From Epithemia pelagica (Eukaryota > Protista > Bacillariophyta), in the NCBI GenBank assembly GCA_946965045.2, contig OX337228.1, positions 62,001-126,000 on the forward strand: a DNA stretch of 64,000 bases, given 5' to 3'. A program made the translations under genes and the position numbers. A model generated the notes under the pieces. It saw only the letters and a program-made list of their open reading frames with translations. It ran no database searches and was not told the DNA's origin. This document shows, in pieces, positions 1-11,844 of the stretch. The stretch's first letter is position 1, and each line of letters starts with the position of its first letter.

Positions 1-815
1 TTTGGTTTGGCTTGCATCATGTCGTTTGGTGGATGCGCCATGCTCGACAATCCTTTCGTGGACGCTTGTTCTTTGTAGAACGACGGGTCCATGCGACGTC
101 ACTGCCGACTGCCGGTGGTGTCACCGACTCCCACAATGCGGACATGACGTACTTTTAAGCGTTGGCCAACACGGCCTTGGATTTGCTCAGTCCATCCTTG
201 CGCCGAGCGCCTTTTCTACGAGTTTTGTCGGCGATCGTCATGGTCCATACACATGGTCCAAACTATGGTCTTGTTTCTTTGCAGATGGGCCGTGTTGGGT
301 GCATTGGCAACCTTTGCCACGAAAAATTCATCCCTATGGTCGTCGTGGCTATGCTTTTTGTCGGCTCTTGTGGGAGGCAAGTGAGCGACAGGGACAGTCA
401 CGAGACTATGAACGCTCGTAGCCAGTGGTGGCTTCTTTCACTGCGCTCTGCGTACAGACCCAGATAGTGAACCACCCAATCGAAGCAACGGGGCAGATGG
501 TTTGCTGGAAAGCAATCCTTCCTCATCGAATCTCACAGGCAGCAATGTTGACATCATGGCCACCCCATTTCTCTGTGCGCTCATCGCCAGGAACCAATTC
601 GTCTAGCAATGCCAATGACATGATTCGGCAACAAGGGCCAAGGTCCTCATCATGTCAGGTCTATTGCGACTTGATTGGCGGTGTAGCTCAGCTGTTATGG
701 AATCAGCTGCGAAAAATGGATGCCACCAAAGCTCTTTCACAGTCGCTGTAGCAAGCATGGCAGTGAAAACAAGAATACCGACTGCAACAACAAGGACAGA
801 AGAGGTCTCGAGATT

Positions 816-1140
816 CTCGGAATGAAGAAAACGTGAATGCTGGGAGTTTGGATTCAAGAAGTGTGGACAAGTTGTGGGCTCAGACGTTGGCCGGGGGGGG
901 GGGGGGGGGGGGGGGCTAACTCTGTCTGTAAAAGCCATGAGAGACTCGAACGGTGTGTGATCAAGAAGGGCAAGCTTCCAGGCAAGCTTCCAGGACACTT
1001 GCCCTTCTTGATCACATACCGTTCGAGTCTCCCATGGCTTTTACAGAAAGAGTTAGGCCCCCCGGTCAACGTCTGAGCCCACAACTCGTCCACACTTCTT
1101 GAATCCAAACCCCCAGCATTCATGTTTTCTTCGTTCCGAG
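816..1140. repeat. Long fold-back inverted repeat (arms 816-974 and 998-1140, 23-nt loop)
   Basis: Left arm ctcggaatgaagaaaacgtgaatgctggg...tcaagaagggcaag is the reverse complement of right arm cttgcccttcttga...ttcttcgttccgag with only scattered substitutions. A G23 run (893-915) faces a C6 run. The centre carries caagcttccagg twice. Confidence 0.95.
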
Positions 1141-1287
1141 GCTCGTACGACGAAGTGTCATCGTCGTCGTCATCGTCATCCTCGGCTCGCGATTCCTCTT
1201 CGTCTAAACTAGGAGGGGCATCTCTTGGAGGGGTTCGTTCTTGTTCGGCCAAATTTATCCCGCGATCGGCAGTTTCGTCATCACGGG

Positions 1288-1695
1288 GCGTCCAAACCGG
1301 TACGAGATCTCCAAAAGAAACCAGAAGGAAATGCCACTACAACGTACTCCTCCTGGGCCGAACCATCACAACGAAACACCAAGAACGACGAGAAGGATCA
1401 AGAGCTCAGCATCATGTCGCCTGTTTTTGGTACTTGGCCTCTCAACACCACACGGGCCTTTTCTCTCATCCTTCCACCAATTCAAGTAGCTCGAGTGGTG
1501 CCGATTGGTCCTTGTCCTTGGTGTCGGTCACCTTGTGTTCGCATGCACCACACTCGAATGACATGGCAGCCTTGCATCGCCGTTTGCCCTTGACCATTGT
1601 CAAACTACACGCCTTGTTGGCACGACACTATGCGTTGGAAGTCGATCGACAAGAATTGCGCTTGGCCATGCCAACGACGACGTGTCGTAGTAGTA
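1288..1695 (+). pseudogene. Truncated duplicate of the 3' (ubiquitin-like) part of TBCE
   Basis: Aligns by eye with about 5938-6357 (e.g. QHHVACFWYLASQHH...WSLSLVSVTLCSHAP..DMAALHRRLPL vs QHHAACFWYLASQHH...). No CAP-Gly or LRR portion. Confidence 0.9.
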
Positions 1696-3353
1696 CCAGG
1701 AGTGCATCACAACTACGTGAGGATGAGAGAGAGAGACGAAGAGTGTGTTTGCCAACCACAACCAACCACAACCAACCACACATCAATCCACAGACTGTAC
1801 TAATAGAGAGAGTGGGTTCGTCCAGAGAGAGATGGACGACACTTGAATGGACCACAACTACAACAAGAAACACCACAGAGGTCTTCTGTGCCTACGGTGA
1901 CTTGACCAACCAACAATCTCATTGTTTGATATGGAATGGCTCAAATGAACAACATTCGAGATAAAACAGGTTTAGGATGAGGATTACAAGAACCAGTTCC
2001 TCTAGAGTTTGAGCCACTGAAGGAGGGCGGAGATCAAGCATATGAATGTGGTGATCAGCAAATGGTCGACAGTTGGTGGACAGAGGAGCGACTGAAGCTC
2101 CTTGAGCGTGAAGCGTCTCTGGGGAAACTAGTGGACAAACTGTAAGAGGGCCAGAAACTTTTCATCGTGTTCTCATAACTGCCTTTGTGGTCGAGATGAT
2201 TCCAAAATCAGAACTCTCCAAATCGAAAGAAAAAATTGTCTACAACATCAGAAATCTCTTCGCAATGCACTCTCCTCTTTCTTTTCGAAAAAACTTGAGA
2301 TCTGTAGATGAATTTGGATGCCGGCTTAATGGCCCATTTCTGTAATTTGGTGCTGTGGACGAAATTCTCCGACCTCCAGTAACGAGAAGCGTCGAGTCGA
2401 ATCGAATCGAGATCATCCGCTCATACCTGCGAACCAAAAGGACACTTCCTCTTGTTGCGGTTGTGTTGTTGGCATCGCACACATACACACAGCTCTCACT
2501 CTCTCTCTCTCTTTTGCGCGATTTTGCATTGACACACCTCTGCTGCGACCTGTTCCAATCGGTCCTTGTGGCAATCACACACCATGAGCTCTTCTTCTTC
2601 ATTCTCATCCTCATGATCAAGGTAGTCGTCGTCTGCCCCTTTGTGGTCGTCGCCGTCAGTTTGGTCCTTTGCGGAACACCAACACAAACGTCTCATCCGT
2701 CGTCGACCCTATCATTTCAAGGCACTTTGCCAATCCGTGTTGTTGTTGACAGTCTTGGTGTCTTGGTGGGAACTAACACCTATCAACAGCTCCCGTCGTT
2801 GCCGATGGGAGGAGGAACTGCCAGAATAACCAGCACCAGCAAAACTACTACAACGACTGCTCGAGTGCCGCCAAAGGACTCAAACCCGACAATCAGTTTC
2901 CCCAGGCTAGCACCACCACAACCACAACGACCGTTTTTCGCATGGACGTCTTGGTCTCACGAAACACCACCATGTGAGGAATCGCACATGGAGCAACAAC
3001 TATCCTCATCATCCCCTGGCCGAACCACGACTCTCCAATGATGGAACTACCAATCCTGCTGATTCTTCACCTTCTTCGTTCTTTTCGACCGTTCGATGCT
3101 TGGAAACCTTGTTGGTATGGAAATTGACCAAAACGCCGGCCATGCTCATGCTGCTCTTTTATGCTGGTTTCTTGGCACAAGCCATTGTCTTGGAATTTTG
3201 CCCTCTGAAACCTGCACGGACAATTAAAGAAAGCGAGTGCAGCGTGGACTCTTACAAGGATACAGCAACGACACAGACTGAAGCGATCGTGTGTCTTCTC
3301 CGACCGACGGATGTGCCTTGAGCAAGCCACCGGAAGAGACCGACGGAGCATTC

Positions 3354-3417
3354 CGATCTAGAAGATCGTCAAGTCACGGAAGAACATGTCGATCTGGAAG
3401 ACCGTCAAGTCACAGGA
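3354..3417 (+). repeat. Two copies of a 28-bp motif at 36-bp spacing (cgatct(a/g)gaaga(t/c)cgtcaagtcac)
   Basis: Copies start at 3354 and 3390. Confidence 0.8.
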
Positions 3418-4008
3418 AAAGGAAGTCGTTCTTCACTACATGGGAACTCCAGTTCCATGGGTTTCCATCCAAGGATGCTGGATCTGGGCGTAGTACTCAA
3501 TCTGACTGGCAATCCGGGGCCGAGGTCCACGTTCTGCCTCTCGATGGACACTTCTGAGAAGGCGAACCACAAACCACACACACAAGTATCCATATTCAGT
3601 TTTATGATTATTCTTCACCCCTTGATCCAACCCATATAGTATAAACGTATTAACAACCTATCGACTCGATCTTCCATGATATCTACACAGACGAGTACTC
3701 CTATGAAGTGGTAGTAACATAGATTATGCTGCCACTGTGTGGGTCCCGTTTCGTTATTCGTGTCGATGACATCTCCGAAACACATATTATGCGACTCATA
3801 CGCTTCCCCCGACTCAGTCATGACTCATGACTGCCTCGCACGCCCGCAACGCGCGCGCCCATATCGAATGGGGAGAATCGACGACCATGGCGGTGTGTGC
3901 GGTTTAATTGAAAAGAACAAGAACAACAACAACAACACAAGTCGAACCATTCCACAAGACCTTCCAAATTCGAAACCATCCCAAAACACAAAGAACGAAA
4001 GAAATCCG

Positions 4009-6660
4009 ATGGATCGAAACAATGAGAACAGCAAATCGCAACCAGAAAGCAATTCCACCAAAACTACCACAACAACAACTTCTCCACTGCTGTCTTCCCA
4101 GCCTTGTTCCTCGAATGGTTCCATGAGAATTCGTCAGGAAGGTCAAGTGTCGGAGATTGCCTGGCAGGTGTATCACAGTCATGGAATAGTACTGGGCCAT
4201 TCACAATGCGAATGGGATGGTGAAGTGGGGACCATTTGTTACATTGGACCGGTAGCCAGTTCGTCGCAGTATCCCACACTTTGGTATGCTGGCATTGTCT
4301 GGCAACAACCCGGCAGTCCCAAAGCCAAACACAATGGCACCGTCTGGGACAGCCAGCACAATGAATGGGTGTGTCATTTTCAAGTGCCACCCAACACTAC
4401 CCATAGTACGACTGCCTGTACTACTACTACTTCTAGCAACACTACCAATCGAGCCTCTTTTGTCAAATGGTCCAAATTGCAGCATCATTTGGGTCACGGT
4501 CTCGACTTGAAACTGGTCCAAGGCCGCTATGTCCGTCGCGATTGTCCCGAGTGGGAAACCACGGACAACCATGTCTTTGGACCGCATGCGGCCGTGGCCA
4601 CGACCGTCCCCGGTCAGTACAAATTGATTGAATTTTATGGGGAAGCCCAATTGCGCACGCAACAAGAATTGGGAAGTCGACAATTGACCACCTTGTCGTT
4701 ACGACGTGCCGGTCTTTCCCATGTCGTTTCCACCCAAGCGACCGATTGGCAACTCGTCCCACACCAACCATTGACTCCAACGTCTCAAGACGATAACGAC
4801 CCAAAGGACCCACATGGTTCGGAACCACTGGTGCAGCAGCAACAGCAGCAGCAGCATGCCTTGCAGTATATTCGCAAACTCGATGTGGCGGGGAATTTGA
4901 TTTCCGATTGGCACGTGGTGGCGGACTTGTTGCATCTGGTACCCCATCAAGCCTTGACCGAATTGAATCTCTCGTACAATCGATTGTCTGGTCCCATTCT
5001 TGTGGGGCAGGAGGAGCTTCCAGAAACGGATGCAACCGACCCTGCAAGTCTCGAGCCGCGAGGACCAGCACCATCACCACAGTCGCTGGACGTGGAGCCC
5101 GAGACAGTGGGGGAAACGGTCCTTATTTCTCCTGATTCTTGGCCACAACCACGTCCGCCACCCCACACGATGCGACACGACCAGTTGCAACACTTGAATG
5201 TACGAGCCAGCCATTTGAATCCATGCCAACCCTTTGCCACCGTATTGGAGTGGCTGGGAGGTTGCTTTCCACAATTGCAAACCTTGGGACTCTCGCAAAA
5301 TCCCAACTTGTTTGGTGCGACGTGTTCGGTCCACACCACCACCACGACTACTACGACACCCCAATCCGTGGCCACCGCCTTGCCATGGTTGGAACGTTTG
5401 GATGTGTCCGAGTGTGGCCTGGCCTCCTTGCAAGATGTCTGGCATGCACTGGCCCGGTTGCCTCGATTGGCGAGTTGGAATCTCATGGACAATCCCCTCC
5501 AACAATTGCAACTGACAACGACGACAACGACGACAACGACACGAGAACCGTCGTGTCCCTTTTCCTCCTTGCAACAGTTGCAATTGTCGGGAACCTTGGT
5601 GGAAACCTTGTCCGATTTGCTGGGAATTGAACCCATCAGTCTCGACAAGAATGGACGGGCGACGGACCAGGAAGCAAACGACAAACAAGACTCGAATCGC
5701 CATCACCAGGACCGGGACACGAACAATGCCTTTCCCCGCCCGTACTTGACCGCTTGCTTATTCCCCGCCTTGTCCTCCTTGCGGTTGGATCAGACGCCCT
5801 TGACGCAAGCCCAAGGTGTGGCGACCACTCGTAGTACCTTGATTGCTCGACTGGGACCGCAATTGCAAACCTTGAATGGAACGGCCATTTCCGATCGAGA
5901 ACGGACAGATGCCGAACGACGATTTGTCCGAACCTGGTCCAAACCAGTACGAGATCTCGAAACGAAACAACACGAAAATGTCACTGCAACAACATCCTCC
6001 TCTATGGCCGAACCATTACAACCAGACACGAGGAACGACGAGAAGGATCCAGAAGCTCAACATCATGCCGCTTGTTTTTGGTACTTGGCGTCTCAACACC
6101 ACTCGGCCCTCGTCTCTCATCCTTCGACCAATTCGAGTAGTAGCTCGAGTGGTGCCGATTGGTCCCTGTCCTTGGTGTCGGTCACCTTGTGTTCCCATGC
6201 ACCCAACTCGTGTGACATGGCAGCCTTGCATCGCCGTTTGCCCTTGACCTTGACCATTGCCAAACTACACGCCTTGTTGGCCCGACACTATGGGTTGGAA
6301 GTCGATCGACAGGAATTGCGCTTGGCCCTGCCAACCACGACAACGTGTCGTAATACCCACACGACGATGACGACGACTCGCACCGAGGCCGTCGTACCCA
6401 CCGTCTTGGACGATCCGGACCGCGATTTGACCTATTTTGGAGTGGTGGATGGATGTACCATTTACATGCACGAACGGGACGACTACGACACCAATGGTCG
6501 AGCAACAGGGCCCAGTAGTAACCAAACAACAACCGACCACCAACACGAACAACGAATCGAGCAGCAAGAAGCGGAATGGAGGGATTTTCGCAATCGGCAA
6601 TCTCGACATGCACCACAGGGGACACATTGCATCCGACCTACCACCAACGAACCACCATGA
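4009..6660 (+). CDS. TBCE: Tubulin-specific chaperone E (CAP-Gly + LRR + ubiquitin-like)
   Basis: CAP-Gly motif GTICYIGPV...WYAGIVW...KHNG...HF; LRRs (LDVAGNLI, LNLSYNRL, LDVSECGL, WNLMDNPL); C-terminal UBL (LPLTLTIAKLHALL...DDPDRDLTYFGVVDGCTI). Start chosen at ATG 4009 inside the 3739-6660 ORF. Confidence 0.88.
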   Translation: MDRNNENSKSQPESNSTKTTTTTTSPLLSSQPCSSNGSMRIRQEGQVSEIAWQVYHSHGIVLGHSQCEWDGEVGTICYIGPVASSSQYPTLWYAGIVWQQPGSPKAKHNGTVWDSQHNEWVCHFQVPPNTTHSTTACTTTTSSNTTNRASFVKWSKLQHHLGHGLDLKLVQGRYVRRDCPEWETTDNHVFGPHAAVATTVPGQYKLIEFYGEAQLRTQQELGSRQLTTLSLRRAGLSHVVSTQATDWQLVPHQPLTPTSQDDNDPKDPHGSEPLVQQQQQQQHALQYIRKLDVAGNLISDWHVVADLLHLVPHQALTELNLSYNRLSGPILVGQEELPETDATDPASLEPRGPAPSPQSLDVEPETVGETVLISPDSWPQPRPPPHTMRHDQLQHLNVRASHLNPCQPFATVLEWLGGCFPQLQTLGLSQNPNLFGATCSVHTTTTTTTTPQSVATALPWLERLDVSECGLASLQDVWHALARLPRLASWNLMDNPLQQLQLTTTTTTTTTREPSCPFSSLQQLQLSGTLVETLSDLLGIEPISLDKNGRATDQEANDKQDSNRHHQDRDTNNAFPRPYLTACLFPALSSLRLDQTPLTQAQGVATTRSTLIARLGPQLQTLNGTAISDRERTDAERRFVRTWSKPVRDLETKQHENVTATTSSSMAEPLQPDTRNDEKDPEAQHHAACFWYLASQHHSALVSHPSTNSSSSSSGADWSLSLVSVTLCSHAPNSCDMAALHRRLPLTLTIAKLHALLARHYGLEVDRQELRLALPTTTTCRNTHTTMTTTRTEAVVPTVLDDPDRDLTYFGVVDGCTIYMHERDDYDTNGRATGPSSNQTTTDHQHEQRIEQQEAEWRDFRNRQSRHAPQGTHCIRPTTNEPP

Positions 6661-6760
6661 CACGAAACGCCATGATACATATGAGGGTTATTGAAACGGA
6701 AAGGAGAGAGTGAGATGCCAAATAGCGCTAGTAGAGAACCAACAACACCTTCTTCTTTCG

Positions 6761-7685
6761 TTAGGAGTAGTTCTGGTCTCCGCCTTTGGATGCTTTTTCC
6801 ACAGCAGCGGACACCACAGTGGCAGCCGTTTCATGGGTGGTGGTAGTATTAGCTGCTGATGCGGTGGATGATGGAGGAGGAGCTGGATTGTGAAACAGGG
6901 CCTCAATCTATCATATGTGGTGGAACACAAACAGGGCGTGTGAGTACCAAAAATAGAAACAACGGCACTCCTCACAGTGGATGATTCCGCGCGTACTTAC
7001 CTCGTGTTGGGACCGGTCGGCGAGTTCCACAAAGGTAAGGCGGAGGCTCATGAGTTGCACCAAGGACCAAATGTCCAAGTAGTGTGCCGCGTCCAAGAGG
7101 CCAAAGGCCGTTGGGGCATCGGCCACGCTCTCCTGGACAAAGTTGCGATACCAGTCTTGGGTCATGCACTAATGGTGTAAAAAATACACAAGAGCACATG
7201 GGTGAGTGAGAGAACCCTTTAAAATCCAACAGCCATGGTACCAACCGCATACCTACCTCATCCAAGGTTCTCCCTGCCAAGGGAAGCGAAATGGTTTGAA
7301 ACTCCTCCTGTTCCAAATGCTTGAGAAACTCCACCACTTTTCCCAAGGTGGACCCCGTCAGCTTGGGAATCGGAACCACTGGTGGTTGTTCCACGGACAC
7401 CACTCCCGTGTCCTCCACCTCCTCCTCATCCTCATCTTGATCATCCTCTTTGCCCAAGGCATGGCGAATCATACCACTGTGTCGAGCCGCCTTCCAGGGC
7501 AGCTGGAAGGATTGATGGTCCAAACTCGTTACCGTCACGACCAGAATGCGATTCTGCGACGCCTTGCGTTTCGTCGATAGAGCCGCGGCCGCTGTCGGAG
7601 GAGCTTTGGCAGTGAATGCCGCGTCGTCATTGGCAAACGGCGGACGGGGAGGATTGTGGTTGTGGTGGGTCGCGTCGTCTCCCAT
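6761..7685 (-). CDS. SKP1: Divergent SKP1-like protein, 3 exons (7685-7257, 7168-7001, 6907-6761)
   Basis: SKP1/POZ signature TSLDHQSF...ARHSGMI...VPIPKLTGSTLGKVVEFLKH and LLDAAHYLDIWSL. GT-AG introns keep the frame. Confidence 0.8.
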
Positions 7686-9129
7686 GGTCACAATGTAGGA
7701 GTAGAGAGTTTTGGTGGTGGCAAGGACGTGAATCCAGTCTCGGATTATATATGGCGGAATGGGTGTGTCGTCCTGTTGTCTGGAAGTGGTGCAAGGCGGA
7801 GGAGTTTGCGGTACAGAACCGCTCCGTTTCCTCACCACCGAATGATCCTGGCGAAGAAGAGATCTCTTTGGATTGGGAGAGGAGGCGGGAATTGGTTCTG
7901 CCCTACGGTACAATCGGACGAATCAAACGTCTTACTTTCTATAGTTCCAGGAGTAGTAGGAGTACTGAAAATCATAGAGAGATTTGGAGTTGGTGTTCCC
8001 GCCGCCCCAAGCACACAAGTCCTACGGGAAAACTCGTAGCGGTTTGCACCGCGTCTATTAGACCAATACCATTGCTGATCCAAAGCTAATGATCTGGGTA
8101 GTAATACTATATCGACTACCTGGACCAGTTCATGTCGTAAGGTTTTCAAACGAGCTCTCCATCCGCCTCCTTTCAGCGCATTCTTGTGTGTGGTTTTGGT
8201 GTTGTGTGTGTCTCTGTGTGTGTGTGTGCGAGAATGACATGGGACAAACGGGACTTACAACAGATGATACAATAGACAGCCTCCTTTGGAGGGCAATCAT
8301 ATGATCGCCTCGTCATCCGTCTTTCGCCGTTGAAGAATCCCGCTCAAGGATGACTCACACCAACAAACCAAAGTGATTGCTTGTATTACTGCCAATGGAT
8401 GTTGAAATGTTTTTGTATTGCGCGCGCAAGAGGTAGGCTAGCTAGGTATTCGTTCCGACCAAAAACAAGAGAACGAGGGACAATAAGGTCGTGATGGGAT
8501 TCACTCCAAGATACGAATTACGAGTACTACCATCACTACTCTTTATTCTCGTCGAGCATTGCTGCGCCACAAACTCCCCCACGGCGGGTCCACAACAAAG
8601 GCAAACGGACCAGCAACGCCGTGGAGTCGTCGCGGAGGACAGAACCACCAAACAACCTCTGGTGGTCCGAGCACACGACTTGCCATAAACAACAAAATTC
8701 CATCATGGTGGAGGATACGATCAACGCTGCTCTACGAGAAGAGGAAGCATCGTAGAACTATCAAAAAAAGAATGGACAGGGGACACGACGCGGAATGTTC
8801 TGTATTGTAGGACCTGGAAGCATACATTCTGTAAACAAACGTGTACCTGTTGTGATCTTGGTAAGTAGATGCTCGTTGTCGTGCGTGCTAGGGAGTCGGC
8901 GCAATCCTCTAAACTTTTTCGTGCCCTCGCACACCAGAATGGCAGACTACTATAGTATACGCGCCGTACCATGTCATTGTCTAATTCAAAACTGCCATTG
9001 GCCGAAGGGATACACACATGATTCTCATTGTCGCGTTTGGAAGGTACAAGCTTTCCACAAAAGAGAACAACAAGAATTTGAACTCCAAGGAGTTCCATTG
9101 GCTCAATTTGGCGTCAAGCCAACCAAGAG

Positions 9130-9245
9130 AAGAGTGGTCGTTCTCCTGCTCCTCAGTTTGGGGTCCTTCTTCGTGGGGCCACCAGACGATGATCCTGGTA
9201 CTGGTATTGCAACGTTGTTCCTCACGAAACAATGAGAGACCAACA
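9130..9245 (-). pseudogene. Degenerate fragment of the 5' end of the SGNH-like gene family
   Basis: Resembles 10890-10975 plus the aatgagagaccaac cassette start at 11106. Confidence 0.55.
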
Positions 9246-9412
9246 GTGTCCCACTAGAAACAGCACATAATCTATAGTAGATAGAGAGCAACAGCCAGAA
9301 TTCTCTCGTTCTCGATCTATTAGATTGTGGGGAATTTTTAGTGTGGCGGCACAAAGACCAAACGTGCCAAAACCCACAACCACTGGAGAGCAAGGATACT
9401 CCACCATAGTTT

Positions 9413-10978
9413 CTACTCCATTCGATTCGATTGGAATTGTTGCTGTTGTTGCAAGTTGTCCCAGTGATGCGCCAGCAGTTGAATCCACACGAGTCGACCG
9501 GCCAGACCATAATGGGCTGGATGATCGCCTCGAATGCGGTCCAGGTCAAAGGATTTGGGTTGAATGGCCGCTGCAAAATTTACGTAGGAAATGCCAGGAT
9601 TGGATGCTGGTTCGTGCCATTGGTGTGGTTGTTGTTGTTGTTGTTGTTTGTGCTCCACATGATGAAGGACGGCCCGATTGAATTCTTGCACAGCCGGTTG
9701 TTCCTCCGCCGACGAGGTTCCCAGGGCATAGCCCGAGGTTTGCCACACCACGTGCAAGGGAGATGGTTGTACGGACAAAACTTGGCGTATCAAGGAATGT
9801 ACCTCTTGCACCAAGGTGGTAATGTTCCGATTCGTAGTAGTAGTCGTATTGGGATGCTGGGACGACACTGCCACTGCTGCTCCGGATGCTGCTGCATCAC
9901 AGTGCTGGGGCTGTACTTGATGCCATATGCCCAAGTTCAAGACGAGGAGAGTATAGTGGGGCAAAATGCGTCCTCCCGATCCATGGTGGTGGGCATGATG
10001 ATGATGGGCCAGTTCCGACGCCAAAAAGGTGGACACGTCTTGCAGACAATTGGCGCGCAAAAATGTGACATCGGATGGTGGAGTGGTTGTGCTCGTACAA
10101 CGACAAATGGCTTGTCGAGGTTGCAACAAGGCATTGGCCAATGCTTTGCGCCGTGGTTTCCACCAGGGTCGATTGCAAGGTTCGGTCATGCGATTTCGAT
10201 TGAGATTGACATCGCGTTCCAACACGGCACTCGGTACATGGACAGTGTCATGGTCGTTGCCACTTGTAGTCGTTGTTGTGGTGTGATTCAAGAGGGCAAA
10301 CAGAGTCATGGCCGCTTGTCGGGCCGTGGAATCACCGAGAATCAAGAGTCGCTGACCAGCAAACAAGGCTTGCAATTCCGACACGCTATACAACTTGTGG
10401 GATGGAGGTGGAATCCAAGTATCACCCATCCAAGAACCAATCATAGACTGTTGTTGTTGAGGGTGAGTGGACGTGTTGTTGTTGGTGGTGGTGGACCTGG
10501 TACTCTTGTTGTTGTTGTTGGTGGTGGTGGTGTTGGCGTTGTTGGTGTTGGTGTTTGGGAGAGTGGTGCTGTTTTCGTGTGCAACGCCGTTGGCGCCATG
10601 GTACGCTTCTTCCATAGTGGAGAAAGACGACGACAAGGAATGGTTGTGGCTGTTTTCCTCGTGGGTTGTGGTGTGGTCCAAATGCCCTTCTTTGCGTTGC
10701 ACCACCATGACACTGTCCGAGCTGTTTGGTGATTTTGATAATGACGGTGTCACGACGAGATGCGTGGTGGTTCTGCTGGTGGTGGTGGTGGTTGCTCTTG
10801 TTGTTCTTGTTGTTGTACTACCACCAAAATACGGTACGATCACCCGTCGATTGAGCACCCATTGGCATCCACCGACCAGTGTCGCAACCCACAAAAGAGT
10901 CGTCTTTCTCATGCTCCTCATTTTGGGGTGGTTCTTCGTGTGGCCAGGAGATGATACTGGTAATGGTACGACTGTCAT
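9413..10978 (-). CDS. SGNH-fold (GDS...DxxH) type II membrane protein, PC-esterase/O-acetyltransferase-like; paralogue 1
   Basis: LLILGDSTARQ and GDHPAHY motifs, N-terminal hydrophobic anchor, Thr/Asn-rich stem. Start set by alignment with the 35447 paralogue. Confidence 0.75.
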   Translation of the reverse strand: MTVVPLPVSSPGHTKNHPKMRSMRKTTLLWVATLVGGCQWVLNRRVIVPYFGGSTTTRTTRATTTTTSRTTTHLVVTPSLSKSPNSSDSVMVVQRKEGHLDHTTTHEENSHNHSLSSSFSTMEEAYHGANGVAHENSTTLPNTNTNNANTTTTNNNNKSTRSTTTNNNTSTHPQQQQSMIGSWMGDTWIPPPSHKLYSVSELQALFAGQRLLILGDSTARQAAMTLFALLNHTTTTTTSGNDHDTVHVPSAVLERDVNLNRNRMTEPCNRPWWKPRRKALANALLQPRQAICRCTSTTTPPSDVTFLRANCLQDVSTFLASELAHHHHAHHHGSGGRILPHYTLLVLNLGIWHQVQPQHCDAAASGAAVAVSSQHPNTTTTTNRNITTLVQEVHSLIRQVLSVQPSPLHVVWQTSGYALGTSSAEEQPAVQEFNRAVLHHVEHKQQQQQQPHQWHEPASNPGISYVNFAAAIQPKSFDLDRIRGDHPAHYGLAGRLVWIQLLAHHWDNLQQQQQFQSNRME

Positions 10979-11009
10979 GATGCGGATACAATGAATGGAG
11001 AGGGCCAAG

Positions 11010-11152
11010 CAAGCAAGCAACCAACAGCCAGTCACTATACATGCAGACCGAAAAAGACTGGAATGGCACCGTTGGCTTGTTTAAAGTGTTGTCCCTCAAG
11101 AAAAAAATGAGAGACCAACGGTCCACACGCGCACGGCGACCTGACGCGCGCG
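11010..11152 (+). promoter_or_regulatory. Shared intergenic cassette copy A (aaaatgagagaccaacggtccacacgc...cgacctgacgcgcgcg) in a bidirectional promoter
   Basis: Near-identical motif at 14338-14463 (+), 32670-32830 (-) and 35155-35370 (-). Regulatory role is inference from position. Confidence 0.5.
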
Positions 11153-11360
11153 GACAGAGCAATCGATAGCGTCTCGTACATGATTCATGACTCGTCTAAT
11201 CCCGTACTCGCAAGGTATACAACGACAATACGAGAGTACTGTAGTGAGAGATTTTTCCATGTCGCTGCGACGTCTCGGAGGTCCCGGCTCCCGGAGATGC
11301 TGTTTGCAAAGAGAACACAGAACAGACAGACAGACACAGACACAACCGAAAAAACCGAAC

Positions 11361-11811
11361 ATGGTATCACACTCTTTTCTTTTAAAAAATAAAACCTTCT
11401 CCTGTTTGTTGTTTGTTCTATCTTTTTACTGGAGCCAAAGCCACTCTCGCCTTGTCGTCGTCGTCGTCATTGTGTTTGATTCGAGTGCAATCATCATCAT
11501 CATCGTCGTCGTCGTCATGACACTGCACTTTGTTTTGGACCAGAACAAAAGACGACGAGGAACCAAACGAGGAGAGCAGCATGACACAACCACAAGTGCA
11601 GCCGTACGACCGAGTGTTGCGGGGTGGCCGTGGCGGTGGTGGTGGTGGACGAAGCAGTCGAGGAGGTGGTGCTGGTGGATCCACCAGTACTAGTAGCAAC
11701 ACCAACAATCATCCAGACGAGGGAAACGACGATTCGTGGATGATTGGCGTGGTAGTCGTTGTCGTGGCGGTGGTCCTGGGCAATGTCTGGTGTTGGTATC
11801 GACGACGTCAG

Positions 11812-11844
<33 letters not shown>

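Noticed and set aside
677-750. GGCGGTGTAGCTCAGCTG resembles a tRNA 5' end
   Set aside because: No complementary D-stem, no GTTCRA T-loop and no acceptor-stem partner downstream.
1-800. ORFs at the window start, including a TVKELWWHPFF kinase-tail-like phrase
   Set aside because: No other kinase motifs; frames are interrupted.
9431-10732. Long antisense or alternative-frame ORFs over genes (e.g. 9431-10732, 20063-20797, 29036-29854, 44270-45289)
   Set aside because: Shadow ORFs caused by codon bias and trinucleotide repeats on the coding strand; no motifs of their own.
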